A program made the translations under genes and the position numbers. This document shows, one piece after another, positions 39,426 through 52,559 of a stretch of 64,000 nucleotides of DNA. This DNA is from Anaeramoeba ignava BMAN (Eukaryota > Protista > Anaeramoebae). The stretch lies in NCBI GenBank assembly GCA_028826165.1, contig JAPDFW010000011.1, positions 496,001 to 560,000 on the forward strand. Reading direction: 5' to 3'. Within the stretch, counting starts at the first letter, position 1. Each line of letters starts with the position of its first letter. The notes below the pieces were generated by a model. It searched no databases, had not been told where the DNA came from, and was given only the letters and a program-made list of their open reading frames with translations.

Positions 39426-40205
39426 ATGGAAATTTTAACTACTTTATTAATTTCTTTCATTTTTTTCTTCTCTTTTCATTTTGGAGAATTTATTATTACA
39501 GCTATTTATAATAGAAAATTATTAAATTGGAAATGTAGAAAAAAAACAAAAAAAAATTTTTAATTTTTAATTTTTTAATTTTTAATAATTAAAATTAAAA
39601 AGCAACTTTAATTACAGGAGATTATTCAATTGGGGTTTTATTTACTTATATTGAATACTTTATTTCTTTTTATTTTTTTCCTCAATTCAAAATGAAAAAT
39701 TCAATTCAATTATTTGGATTATTATTAATAATTATCGGTGATTTCATTCGTAAATCTGCAATGATCACTGCAAAAAATTCTTTTACTCATGAAATTGAAA
39801 CTTATTATAGAGAAGATCATATTTTAATTACATTTGGAATTTATAAGTAAAAAAAAAAAAAAGTTCCAAGAAAAAAAAAATTATTTATTTCTGAAAATTT
39901 TTTTTTTTGATTAGTTCAATTATTTAATTAATAAAATCTTTTTTTTTCTTTTTGCTTTTTCTTTAATTATTTAATTCTTAAATAGATATATTCGCCATCC
40001 TGGATATTTAGGTTTTTTTATTTGGTCTATTGGAATTGAATTATTTTTTTGTAATTTTATTATGTTGAATTTAGCTTTAATAATTTTATGGATATTTTTT
40101 AAAAAAAGAATTAAAGAAGAAGAAGAAATTCTAATTTATTTTTTTGGTGATGATTATAGAGAATATCGTTCTCAAACTCCAACTTGGATTCCTGGAATCA
40201 AATGA
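39426..40205 (+). CDS. ICMT: isoprenylcysteine carboxyl methyltransferase (3 exons; absent from the ORF track)
   Basis: Spliced product FFSFHFGEF...GDFIRKSAMITAKNSFTHEI...HILITFGIYKYIRHPGYLGFFIWSIG...FFKKRIKEEEEILIYFFGDDYREYRSQTPTWIPGIK* carries the ICMT/Ste14 motifs. Confidence 0.95.
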
Positions 40206-40506
40206 TTAATTACTAAATTACTAAATATATTTTTTTATTTTATTTTTTTTTAATAAATTAAAAATAATTGAAATAAAGGTTTTTGAAAAGAAAAAAAAAA
40301 TCTGATTCATTATAAAATTTAATTATTTTTTAATTTATTGATCAAATGAAAAAAAATCTTTTCGTTTTGCCATTTTTTAAAAAGTTTAAAAGAGATTTTT
40401 TTTTTTTTTGATGAAACATTTTTTTTTTTTCTTTTTTTTTGGAAAATTTAATTTTAAAATTTTAATTTTCTTTTCTTTTGTTTTGTTTTGTTTTGTTTTG
40501 ATTAAA

Positions 40507-43201
40507 ATGAAAAAATTCAAAATTATATTAATTTTCTTTTTAATTTCCTTAATTAGCGCACAAAAAACAACATTTCATTCACAAAACGAGATTTCATTAT
40601 GGAATTTAACAAGAACAATAACCCCCCCAATAACAACAACAACTCAATTTGGTTCAAAAGTCAAAATTTTTCAAGATATTGCAGTTATTAGTGATCAAAC
40701 AGAGGTTTACATTTACAGAAATAATGGAACAAATTTCAATTTTGAGCAAAATGTATCTCAACCAATCTCGAAGTTTGGTTATAGTTTTTCAGTTTCAAAA
40801 AATGTTCTTGTGATTGGTACTTATGATTTAAATCAAGTTTTCATTTATTCATTCAATGGAAGTTATTGGAATCTCAATCAAATTTTGAATCAAACTTCTG
40901 GCTTTTTTGGATCAAGTGTTTCAATTTCAGAAGATTTTATTGCTGTTGGAGCTCCTAATTCAAGTCAAGTGTTCATTTATTCATTCAATGGAAGTTATTG
41001 GAATCTCAATCAAATTTTGAATCAATCTTCTGTGAATTTTCGTTATAGTGTTTCAATCTCAGGAAATGTTCTTACTGTTGGAGCTCCTGATTCGAATCAA
41101 GTGTTCATTTACTCATTCAATGGAAGTTATTGGAATCTCAATCAAATAGTGAATAAAGAAATAATTCAAGGTGCCAATTTTGGTTATAGTGTTTCATCTT
41201 CAGAAGATTTTATTGCTATTGGAGCTTTTGGTACAAATCAAGTTTTCATTTATTCATTCAATGGAAGTTATTGGAATCTCAACCAAACATTGAATCAATC
41301 TTCTGGTAATTTTGGTTATAGTGTTTCAATCTCAGGAAATTCTCTTGTGATTGGAACTGATAACTCAAATCAATCCTTCATTTATTCATTCAATGGAAGT
41401 TATTGGAATCTCAACCAAACATTGAATCAATCTTCTGGTAATTTTGGATCATAGTGTTTCAATTTCAGGAAATTATATCACGATTGGAGCTCCTGATTCA
41501 AATCAAGTGTTCGTTTATCAACTTCCTCTTCCTCAAGTTAGTCTAATAAACTGCAGTTCTTTATTCTCCTCATTCGAATGCTATTGGAATCAGGCTTATT
41601 TCTTGGATGTTCTTGAATACCAAATTAACTATGGATTTGGCTGGAAAGAGATTCAATCACCTGTTGTTGAACAAGGAAATGTTTTGTATCAGCAATTTAA
41701 CACTTCTCTTTACTCCAATATTACAGGAAATACTAATTACTCAATTCAAATCAGAGTTTGTATTGAATCATCTTCATTTGATTGTGGAGAATCTTCTTCT
41801 GCTATTGCTTTAAAAACGAAAATTGGCTCAGTTGCAAATTTCAAATTAACTCCGTTGAGTGAATCCATTAACATTTCTTGGGCTTTCCCCAATGTACAAG
41901 TTGTCAATGGAATTCCTGAATTGGATCACTATGTTATTTCTTATCAGAATCAATCCTCAACAACTCTAACAACATTTTCCGTTAGTAATTCCTCCACTTT
42001 CTTCATTTTGAACACATTGGAATGCGAAGTTGATTATAATATTTCCATTTGGGCTTGTGGAAATTCATTGTGCGAAGTAGATGAGAAAGGAGAAGCTATT
42101 AGTTCATCAATTTCAGGAATATTAGCAAAAGTTTCAAACTTTGTTTGTTCTATTACTGAAGTTCTTGATCTTATTTGTTCTTGGGATGCTCCAGTTAATT
42201 GTTCAGGAATCATATCTTCTTATAATTTCACTTATCGAGCAATTTCTCGAAATGATTCATTTAGTTCTCGAATTAATTCAACCAATAAAACAGTTAAAGC
42301 TCATTTCCAAAATGAAACCTATCAAATCATGGTTTCTCCTTGTGATTCCAATAATATTTGTGGAGAAATTTCAACAGCGACACTCCAAACAGGAAATCTT
42401 TCTGCTCCAGCAATTTACCAATCAATCTCAAAAATTGAGGAAATTGAAATCAATTTCCAGAACTTAACACAAGCTGAAAATTATATTCTTTCTCTTGATA
42501 ATCAATCACACTGGGAAAATTTCTCATCAATTAAGACAAATGGGAACGGAACAATTGTTGGTACTAAAACCGCTTTATCAGGAAATGTTGAATATCAAGT
42601 TTCTTTGAGAGGATGTCTTGATCAAAATTGTGAACCAAATTACTTAGGATTTGCTAGTTCAACATTTTCAATCAAACCTAAATTGGGAAATATCACTTCA
42701 TTGATTTGTGTTGGTTTAATTTCTGGATTTAATTGTAGTTGGGATTCTTTGAAATTATCAGAAGGATTAAAAGGATATTCATTTAGTTACAATTCTTCAT
42801 CAGTTTGTCTATCAAATTCAACAACAAATTTTTCAGTTTCTGGATTAAAAGAAGAAGAATATTACGAAATTTCAGTTTCAGCTTCAGCAGAAGAAAATTG
42901 TTCTCAAAGTGAATATTCAGGAATAAATTCATCCATTTTTGTTAAAACATTATCTCCTTCTCCTTCTCCTTCTCCTTCTCCTACTCCTATTCATACAGAA
43001 GATGCAAAATCTTCTAAAACAACAAAAATTGTTATTGCAACTGTTGTTCCTATTGTTTTGATTATAATAATAATAGTGATTGTCTTTATTGTTAAGAAAA
43101 GAAAAAATTCTTTTAAAGGAATTAAAATTGATGATCAAGATTTGGAATTTGAGAAAGATTTAGAAGATTCTCATCAAACAAAATTGAATCCAATTAAATA
43201 A
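40507..43201 (+). CDS. type I membrane protein: signal peptide, 7 FG-GAP-like repeats, FN3-like domains, SP stalk, TM (frameshift ~41450)
   Basis: Signal MKKFKIILIFFLISLISAQ; repeats FG.SVSIS....VGAP...VFIY; FN3-type W...Y...Y.I patterns; TM IVIATVVPIVLIIIIIVIVFIV followed by KKRK. Confidence 0.85.
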
Positions 43202-43309
43202 ATCAAAAAAAAAAAAAATGGAATTCAATTCAAACAAATTTAAAACAAGCAATAAAAAAAAAAACAAATCCTAAAATGATTTTTTCTTTTGATAGATTTT
43301 ATTCAAACA

Positions 43310-44260
43310 AAAATTTAATTTTGATTTTAAATTTAATTTTAATTTTGAATTCAATTTTAAATTTAATTTTAATTTTAAATTTTTGATTTTAATTTTGATT
43401 TTAATTTTTTAATTTTAATTTTAATTTTAATTTTAATTTTAATTTTAATTTTAATTTTAATTTTAATTTTAATTTTGATTTTGATTTTGATTTTGATTTT
43501 AATTTTGATTTTAATTTTAATTTTATAAATGAATTTTAATTTTAATTTTGATTTTGATTTTGATTTTAATTTTGATTTTAATTTTAATTTTGATTTTGAT
43601 TTTGATTTTAATTTTAATTTTGATTTTAATTTTAATTTTAATTTTAATTTTGATTTTAATTTTGATTTTAATTTTAATTTTAATTTTAATTTTAATTTTA
43701 ATTTTAATTTTAATTTTGATTTTGATTTTAATTTTAAATTCAATTTTAAATTTAATTTTAATTTTAATTTTGATTTTAATTTTAATTTTAATTTTAATTT
43801 TGATTTTAATTTTAATTTTGAATTTGATTTTGATTTTAATTTTAATTTTAATTTTGATTTTGATTTTGATTTTGATTTTAAATTTAATTTTAATTTTGAT
43901 TTTAATTTTAATTTTAATTTTGATTTTGATTTTAATTTTAATTTTAATTTTAATTTTAATTTTAATTTTAATTTTGATTTTAATTTTGATTTTAATTTTG
44001 ATTTTGATTTTAATTTTGATTTTGATTTTAATTTTGATTTTAATTTTAATTTTAATTTTAATTTTAATTTTGATTTTAATTTTAATTTTATAAATGAATT
44101 TTAATTTTAATTTTAATTTTAATTTTAAATTTAATTTTAATTTTAATTTTAATTTTAATTTTAATTTTGAATTTAATTTTAATTTTAATTTTAATTTTAA
44201 TTTTAATTTTGATTTTGATTTTGATTTTGATTTGATTTTGATTTTGAATTCAATTTTGAT
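43310..44260. repeat. intergenic (TTTTAA/TTTTGA)n microsatellite between two convergent receptor genes
   Basis: Directly visible. Confidence 0.95.
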
Positions 44261-44275
44261 TTTAATTCGGATATC

Positions 44276-47200
44276 TCAAAAATTGTCATTTGTTAGAGAA
44301 TCAATTAATTTTGTAATTTCATCATCTTCTTTTTGATTTGATTTGGAATTGATCCACTTAGAAATTTCATCATCATGTTTTTCATTTGGTTGAGAATTAA
44401 TCAATTTAGAATTTTCATCAGGTTCATCAATTCTTTCTGCAGTATTATCCATAATAACTTCATCAATATTTTGGATTTCTTCATCACTTTCAACCGAAAA
44501 AATAGAAATAGTTGGAGTCATTTTGAGCTCCTTTCTTCTTTTGATCCAAAAGAAAACAATGGCGACAATCAAAGCAACTCCACAAGAAGTCAACCCGATA
44601 ATTAATCCTTCATAAGATTTGATAGAAGTTGTTTTTTTGGTTGTTGTAGAATTGACTGGAAGCGACCACAATCCAAATCCAAAAATATTATGAGCGCAAA
44701 TAATGATTTTGTAGCAAGTTTTTGGGTCCAAATTACTGATAGTCGCAATATTTTGATTTACAGATAAAGTTTGGGATGAATTTGAGTCGCATTGAGTATA
44801 ATTGATTTGATAGTAATCAATTTTCTTTCCGTTATCTCTTGGTGATTTCCCATTGTATTTTTAAATAATAGTAGCTTGTTTCAATAATTGATACATTTGT
44901 GACAATTGAAGGAAAAGAAGCATTTGTGATACAATATGTCGGAATGGACCAATTCCCTTGCGCAAATGGCGTATATGCGCTGAGCTGTATTGAGTAGTTT
45001 GTGTAAGGGAGAAGATCATAAATTGTGTAAATGGAAGATTGATTTCCTGATGAATTAAATATTGAGTTATTTTCTTGAATTGAATATCCGATAACTTCCG
45101 AGTCATCTAGCAAGTCCCACGAAATTGTGAGACTGTTTCTTGTTGATCCCGAACAGAGAACGCCTTCAACAACATCTGGTTGCAAAGAATGCGTTGAAAA
45201 ATTTGCCTGAATAGGCTCAGAACACCCAATAGAATTGCATGCTTGAACTTGGATTATGTATTCTGTTGAAACATTAAGTTGATCAATATGAAGAGCACAT
45301 GAATATAAACAGAATGTCCTGTTTTCGCCTTGGGAGTTTGAGATGTGAACCGTGTAGTTTGTGATGTTAGCTCCTCCGTTACAAGGCTCAATCCAGGAAA
45401 TATTCATCTCAGTTCTTTTTTTTAAAGTCTGTGTGAGATTTTCAATTTGGAAAGGTACTTGCGGTTGAGAAGTCGCACAAATAAGAGGGATACTCCAGTT
45501 TTCACTCTCGCCAATCTCGTTGATAGCTTTAAGAGAAATGGTGTAGTTCCACGAGAGCAGATTTGAGAGGTTGAACTGAGGATTTGAATATTCATCAATG
45601 TTTGTAGAAACCAAGTGTGAATCACTTGAATCACTTGAGTTGGAATAATTCAAAAGGAAATTTGTAATCAACTTCCCGCCGTCATTGGGAACATCCCATG
45701 AAACAAGTATGGAGACGGAGGTTCGATTGGCAGGGTTGCAGGAAACATTTGTAACTTGCGCAGGAACAGTGGGCGATTTAGTATTGAAAACATAACGACT
45801 CGAAATTGTGCCGTTTCCAATTTGATTTACGGCAAATACCTCCACAAGATAGATACCAGATAAAAGATGAGAGGCGTTAAAGTTGATAGTGGTTGTTTCG
45901 TTGGTGAAATCTGTGATATTAAAGACGATAATATCCGACTGATTATCGATTGGGGTTGCGAAGAGAAGGAAACAAGAAATGGGTCTTCCATTGCACTCGG
46001 GAACAGGCCATTGCAGGAATATAGACGTCGGGGTTGCGTTCAAACGTTCTACATTCACAACTTTACTGGGCACTTGCGGTTGTTGGGTACTCATGTTGGC
46101 AGATCCAAATGGACCTTGTCCAACGCTATTGATTGCTGCTATTTGGATAGTGTAATTATCAGAATAAATATTTTCGAGAAGATACTCAAGAGAAATATTC
46201 TGAACCACAACCTCCCCAGAAGACCCTGAATTTGTGAACGGGCGGAATTGTATTTTGTAGCTCTCAATTTCGCGCCCGTTATTATTCGGTTGACTCCAAT
46301 TAAAATCTATTGAAGATGCTGTACTATTTAACAACGCCAGATTATACGGTGCATCAGGTACCTCCGGCGAAGATGTGTTCAGAGTACTAATGTCAGAATT
46401 AGGACCCTCACCGATTGCATTCTGAGCAAGCACTTGGACTTGGTAATTTCCTGATAAAAGTCCTGTCAAAGTATAATTCACTGTTTTTGGATTAAAAGAA
46501 CTATTTGTTGAAATAAACTGGGTCTGCCAATTAGATCCGCTCTCAGGCTTCCACGCCAGAATATACCCCGTTATTTCAGACCCCTCGTCATACGGTCTCC
46601 CCCATTCTACTGCTATTGTTGTTGGAGAGGATCCTGTTTGCCAAGGAGGCGGGGATATTTTATCAGGAATCGTTGGTTCCAATGTCTGAAATGCAAAAAC
46701 ACTCGAATACTCAGACCATCCCGCCTTGTTATAGCTCTGTATTTTTACATCATACGTTGTGCTGGTGTTTAATCCATCCAGCGTGATGTTGGTTGCTGTG
46801 CTATTTGTTTCTATAATGTTGGTGAAATTTTCCTGCGAATCCATTTTAAATGCAATTCTATAGCTCGTGATATTTGCGCCTCCATTACTAGCTGGCTTAA
46901 TCCATTGAATGGTGATTTTTGTTGGTTTTGTATCTATGGCGTAGATATTTTGGATCACGTCTGGCGGGACGGGGTCCTTTGTTGATCCGGTGATGGGATC
47001 ACTAAAATTGCCTTGACCATCACTATTTTGAGCTGCTACTTTAATATAATAAGATCCTGACAGCAAGTTTTGGATTATGTAAACCAATTCGGTGTCGCTT
47101 GTGTTGTCGTAATTCCAAATCTCTGTCTCTGTGCTTGCGTATCCTACTACGTAGTTTGTTATTGGTAATCCTCCGTTATTTGGTTCTTCCCATTCTATTA

Positions 47201-47372
47201 TAATTGTTGTTGATGTGGAATCAATTTCAGTTACATTTGTTACTTTTGATGGAACTTCACTTATTTTTCCGTTATTTTCAATCTCATTTGTTCTCGTTGT
47301 TGTTAATGTTAATATTACTATTATTATTGTTATTATTTTTATTTTTATTTTTTTGAATTGATTATTTTCCAT
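44276..47372 (-). CDS. type I membrane protein with ~9 fibronectin type III repeats (frameshift ~44840)
   Basis: Repeated W..P.(N/D)(N/G)G..IT.Y...Y.I.V.A.N..G motifs. Removing one base restores WEIPRDNGKKIDYY and joins ORF 44276-44731, which has TM GLIIGLTSCGVALIVAIVFFWI followed by KRRK. Confidence 0.88.
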
Positions 47373-47649
47373 TTGTTTGTTTTAAATTGAAAGGAAACAA
47401 GAAAAAATGAAAAAATGAAAAAATGAAAAAATTAAAAAATTAAAAAAATTTCAAAAGAACAAAAAATAAAACAACTTTATTCGAAATGATTCCTTAATTA
47501 TTTTTTTTAATAAATTATTCACTTATTCAAAATTTCTTTAATTTTATTTAAATTAAATTTTGTTCCACTTTTTTTAAACTCAATTTTAAAATTAATTTTA
47601 ATTTGAATTTTAATTTTATTTAATTTTAATTTTAAAATGAATTTTAATT

Positions 47650-50600
47650 TTAATTTTTGTTTGATGTCAAAAAACTTGATTCTTTAGGTATATCTTTCAT
47701 AACTTCTCTTCTTCTTCTTGCAGAAACTTGATTAGATTTTTTTGGAGTATCTTTATCTAAATCTCTTCTTTTAGTAGAAAATTTTTTACGAGATTCTCTT
47801 TCAACAATCCTTTCTTTTTTTGGTGCTATTTCCGTTTTATTTTTTCTAGCAATAACAGAAAGAATCAATTGACGATCTTCATCATCATCAGAAGAATCAA
47901 CTTCCAGAGTATTTATTTCAGTGAAATTTTTGCTATCAATTATTTTTGAAATTTTTTCTTTACTCAAAAAATTTTCTAAATTTAAATCTTCACTTTTATC
48001 TAAACTAATCTCGTCTTCATCTAAACTAATTTCATTATTGTTGTTGTTTTTGTTATCTTTTTCTTTATTTTTATCTTTATCTTTATCTTTATCTTTATCT
48101 TTATCTTTATCTTTATCTTTATCTTTATCTTTATCTTTTTCTTTTTCTTTTTTTCTTTTTCTTTTTCTTTTTCTTTTTTTCTTTTTCTTTTTCTTTTTCT
48201 TTTTCTTTTAACAAAGATTGTCTTTTTTTAACAAAAATATTTGCGAATTTAGTTTTTTTCTTTTTGTTTTCAAACGCAATTACCAAACTTTCTGTGAGAT
48301 CTGAAAAAGATAGCATACAAGTATTTTGGAGAGTTGCATGTAAAAATAGTGCGCAATCCAAAAAGGATTTCTTTAAAAAATTCATTTTCCAGATGAATAA
48401 AGTTTTCTTTCTTAATTTAATATATCCTTTTGATAATTCTTTGAAATCTTTTGTATAAAAAGTAACATTGAACCTATAGATTTTATCAATAATTACGTTT
48501 GTAGACGGAGTCAAGTTTATTGGATTAAGTGATATTTCTTTGGAATCTTCCAGAAATTGTTCTATTTTTTCTTCCGAATCAAATGTAATATAAAAATCCA
48601 TTCCATTTTCAAGTTTTATGTTGAGAGACGGATTTTTTGGTTTTGATTTTTGTTTTGATTTTCTTTTTGATTTTCGTTTTGATTCTTGTTTTTTTTGTTT
48701 CAATATTTCGATGTTTGATTCATACAAAAACATAAAATAAGAAGAAATAAAAGCAATTCTTGCAGGAAACAAAATTAGATTTACTGAATCATATTTTTGA
48801 TTTCCAAATTTCAATCCGACACGATAAGTTTTGGAGGGAAATCCAACTGAACATCCCAAAAAATTGAAATGATATTCTTTAAAAAAACGTATGAAATTTT
48901 CTTTTGTTTGCAAGTCTTGGAAGTTGACTTTCAGATAAATTCCTTTTGTGATGTAAAAAAGGATTGGATTCTCGCGCTTTTTTTTGATACTTGTTAAAAT
49001 GGAATAATTTCTTGTGATTGTATTTTCTGCAAATTCAAGCGTAAAGTTGAAATCTCTCAACGTGATTGTTCCGCTAAAATTCCCTTTTTTCGTCAAGAAA
49101 GAACAAGTAAACACTTTTGGTTCGCTTTTCAGAACAGCATCTCTTTTTTTGATATTGAAATCCTCTTGAAATCTTTCTTTGATTTCTTGACTTGGAAATA
49201 AGCACTCAAAAAAATAAAACTCGTCGACTTGAAACCGAAATAGCGATTCTTCATCTTCAAAAACTTCAATTCGCGAAATTGGAGAATAAACTCTCTCAAT
49301 CTTTTGTTTGTCAACCAGAACCTCAAAGTGGTCTTCATATAAGGAAATTTTGATAAAGCCTGATAACGTTGAAAAAGAATCCAAAACCTGAAATATATAT
49401 GATGTTTTGTTTTTGAAAAGATGGATCTTCTCATCTTCTGGAACTGCATTGTGCTTGAGATAAATAAACAAGCTTTTCAAAGGCTCCTTTTGGAAATTGA
49501 AGCTGTTACTGAATTTGTGCTTTTCTTTTGTATTGTAAATAACAGAGCTTGATTGAATGATATGATCGTAATTTGACATTTGAATTTTCTTATTTGGTTC
49601 AATTTCATCCTCATCGATTTCATCTTCATTTTCGGGAATTTCTTCTTTTGTTGCATTTTCGGGCTCGCGGACTAAACAGAAACAGTTATCAGGATTATCT
49701 TTCGATGAGTCAAACAGCGCATCCGATCCTCCTGTTTTCGTGTAAATTGATTCTGGAGTTGAAGATGCTTTTTTGATTAAAAACTTTTTTTTGTTTTGAT
49801 AAAAGATGATTGCAATAATATCACGTCTAAACACGCTGTTTGCTTCACAAAGAATCTTTTTCCCCGATTTGAATTGGATCATGAATTGCTTGTGATAAAC
49901 AGGATGCAAAAATATCCGCTGCTCCATAGAAAATACCTCTGAAATTATAATATTTTTTGATTCCGCATAATTTTCGGCATCTTTTTGATTTCCCCAAATA
50001 TGTTTTTTGAATTTTTTGCGTAAGAAAAAAGAGGATTTTAATTTGATTGATTTTGGTGTGAATATGAGTCGCGCCTTTTTGGATTCATACTCCAATTTCA
50101 CTCTAATTTCGAAAGAAAGATATTTTTTCTTTGTCTTGGAAATTTCGGATTTTAGGGACTTGTAGTTTTTGTCTTTCACCCGAAAAATATAATCTTCCTT
50201 TTCCAGATCTCCGATTCCAAGTTGCGGTTCTCTTAGAATCAAATTGCTGCTTTCTTTGGGTAAATGCTTTGTTTTTAACTCCTTTTCTGGAAGCAATAAA
50301 TTCTGGTCCATTTTAAAAAGAAGGTATTCTCTTCTTTGTAAAAGTTTTCCTTGAAGCGTGGGTGTATCGAATTCTGTGATGATTTTTCTTTGAGCACTGA
50401 ATTCAATTTCCATTTTTTGTCTTGGGAAAAGATCTTGTTGTATCGTATCATTCAATCTAAATAATAGTCGGTCTTGGTTTGAAGTGTCAGTAGGAAGTGG
50501 TAGATTTAAAAAATACAAGGATTTCATCGGGAACTTTTTTGCTTTCGGAATTTCTTTTAAATCAAAAATATAGCTATCAAGTACTTCGCTCTTTATAAAT

Positions 50601-51509
50601 GAGTACATTTTCCGGAAAACTTTCCAAAATCCAAAAATTATCAGTTTTTTATCTTCTTGATTCGAAAAGAACCTGATTTTCTTTTGCGACAATTCATTCT
50701 TTTCCCTTCTCAAAGTAGCTATAATACAATTTTTGCGTTCATCCAAAATCATCCTAATCAAATCCTTATTCCAAGAATACGCCAACGGTTTTTTTTTTAA
50801 GAAATTGAGCAAAAAGTGTTCTTTTGTAAACCGGATATTAATTCGAGATGTATTGCTAATATCCTTTGCATCAATGAAAAAATCAGCATATCCATTTTTC
50901 CAACACCTTAAAGCCAAAGCATTAATCTCTTCTTTTTTTCCTAAAATTTTCCCACTTATCACTTGTCTTTCAATTGTGGAATTTGAATAATTTTGAAATA
51001 ATAATATAGTTTTCCAGATCACCATTTTTTGTTGATTATTTTCGCAAATAATGTTGTGTTTTGTTTCATTTATAATAATTTGAATTTTGTTGCTTTCAGA
51101 AACATGAAATTTGATTTTAAATTCATTTGATTCAAAGAGTTCTTCAATATAATACAAAAATGAAAAGCTTGTAAGTTTAATTCCATTGGATGTTGCATTC
51201 AAAATGATTGGAATTGTATCTTTATTTTTCAATATCATTTTAGTTTTAAAATTTGCGAATCCTTCCACAAAATTGTATTTGATAATTTTTATCATTTCAT
51301 GTGTGAGTTTTTCATTAAAAGGTGTATAAAATTTTTTTTGTCTTCTTTCACTGAAAAATTTGATTGATTTATTTACGATTTTGGGGTCATTTGTCCATTC
51401 TTTTGATTTTGATTCATTTTTGCTTAACCAAATATTGAGGATTAAATTATCATTATTATCATTATTATCATTATTATCATTATTATTATTATCATTATTA
51501 TCATTATTA

Positions 51510-51573
<64 letters not shown>

Positions 51574-52032
51574 CATTATTATTATTATTGTTATTATTAT
51601 TGTTATTATCATTATTATTATTGTTTTCATTATTGTTGTTATTATTATTATTATTGTTATTGCTTTTAAAAAAGTTGTTGTTTGGTAATTTTGCTTCATT
51701 AATTATAAAATCAAAATTCTTCAAATCTTTTAAAGTTCTCCTAATTTTGTAAAAATAAAAAATATTTTAAATTTAATTTAGTTTCATTGTTTTGTTTTAA
51801 ATGATTTTAATTTAGTTTAATTTAGTTTAAATATTAAAAAATTTTTTTTCCACCAAATCATAAAAAAAAAATCAAATTTTTAATAGAATTTAAATTATAT
51901 TGTTTACATTGAATTTTGGGCTTTTAAAATTGAATCTTTAAAATCATTCTTTTTTGGAGAATTAATTAGATCTAAATTTCTTTTCTGTTGTAATTGATTT
52001 TTAAATGAAGGAAATAATGAATTTGTTAACAT
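47650..52032 (-). CDS. large hypothetical protein with poly-N, repeated PH-like beta units and K/E/D tracts (intron 51907-51741; frameshift in the poly-K/E tract, ~48140-48200)
   Basis: Exon MLTNSLFPSF...AQNS splices (AT|GT..AG|G) into the 1197-aa ORF; ORF 47650-47967 continues the frame after the K/E/D repeat. The PH-like call is a pattern inference only. Confidence 0.7.
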
Positions 52033-52249
52033 TTTTTTTATATAAAAGAAGAAAAAAATAAAAAAAGTAAAAATAAAAGAAAATAAAAGAAAATAAAAGA
52101 AAAAATGATTTTTATTTTTTTTGGTTTTTTTTTTTAAAGAAGAAAAAAAATTTTTTTCCAATTATCTTCCAAAAAAAAAAGAAGAAAAGCAAAGAAAAGA
52201 AAAGAAATTTCAATATAAAAAAAATAATCAAATGAAATGGAAATTGAAA

Positions 52250-52540
52250 TTAATATTAAAATTAATATTAAAATTAATATTAAAATTGATATTTATATTT
52301 ATATTTATATTTATATTTATATTTATATTTATATTTATATTTATATTTATATTTATATTTATATTTATATTTATATTTATATTTATTTTTATATTGATAT
52401 TTATATTTATATTTATATTGATATTTATATTTATATTTATATTTATATTGATATTTATATTGATTTTGAATTTGAATTTGAATTTGAATTTGAATTTGAT
52501 ATTGAATTTGAATTTGAATTTGAATTTATTAATTATATTT
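52250..52540. repeat. (ATATTT)n and (GAATTT)n microsatellites
   Basis: Directly visible. Confidence 0.9.
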
Positions 52541-52559
52541 ATATTTATATTCTTTTTAA

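Noticed and set aside
43375-44336. Poly-NF/IL/LK ORFs
   Set aside because: Intergenic hexamer microsatellite with no unique coding sequence.
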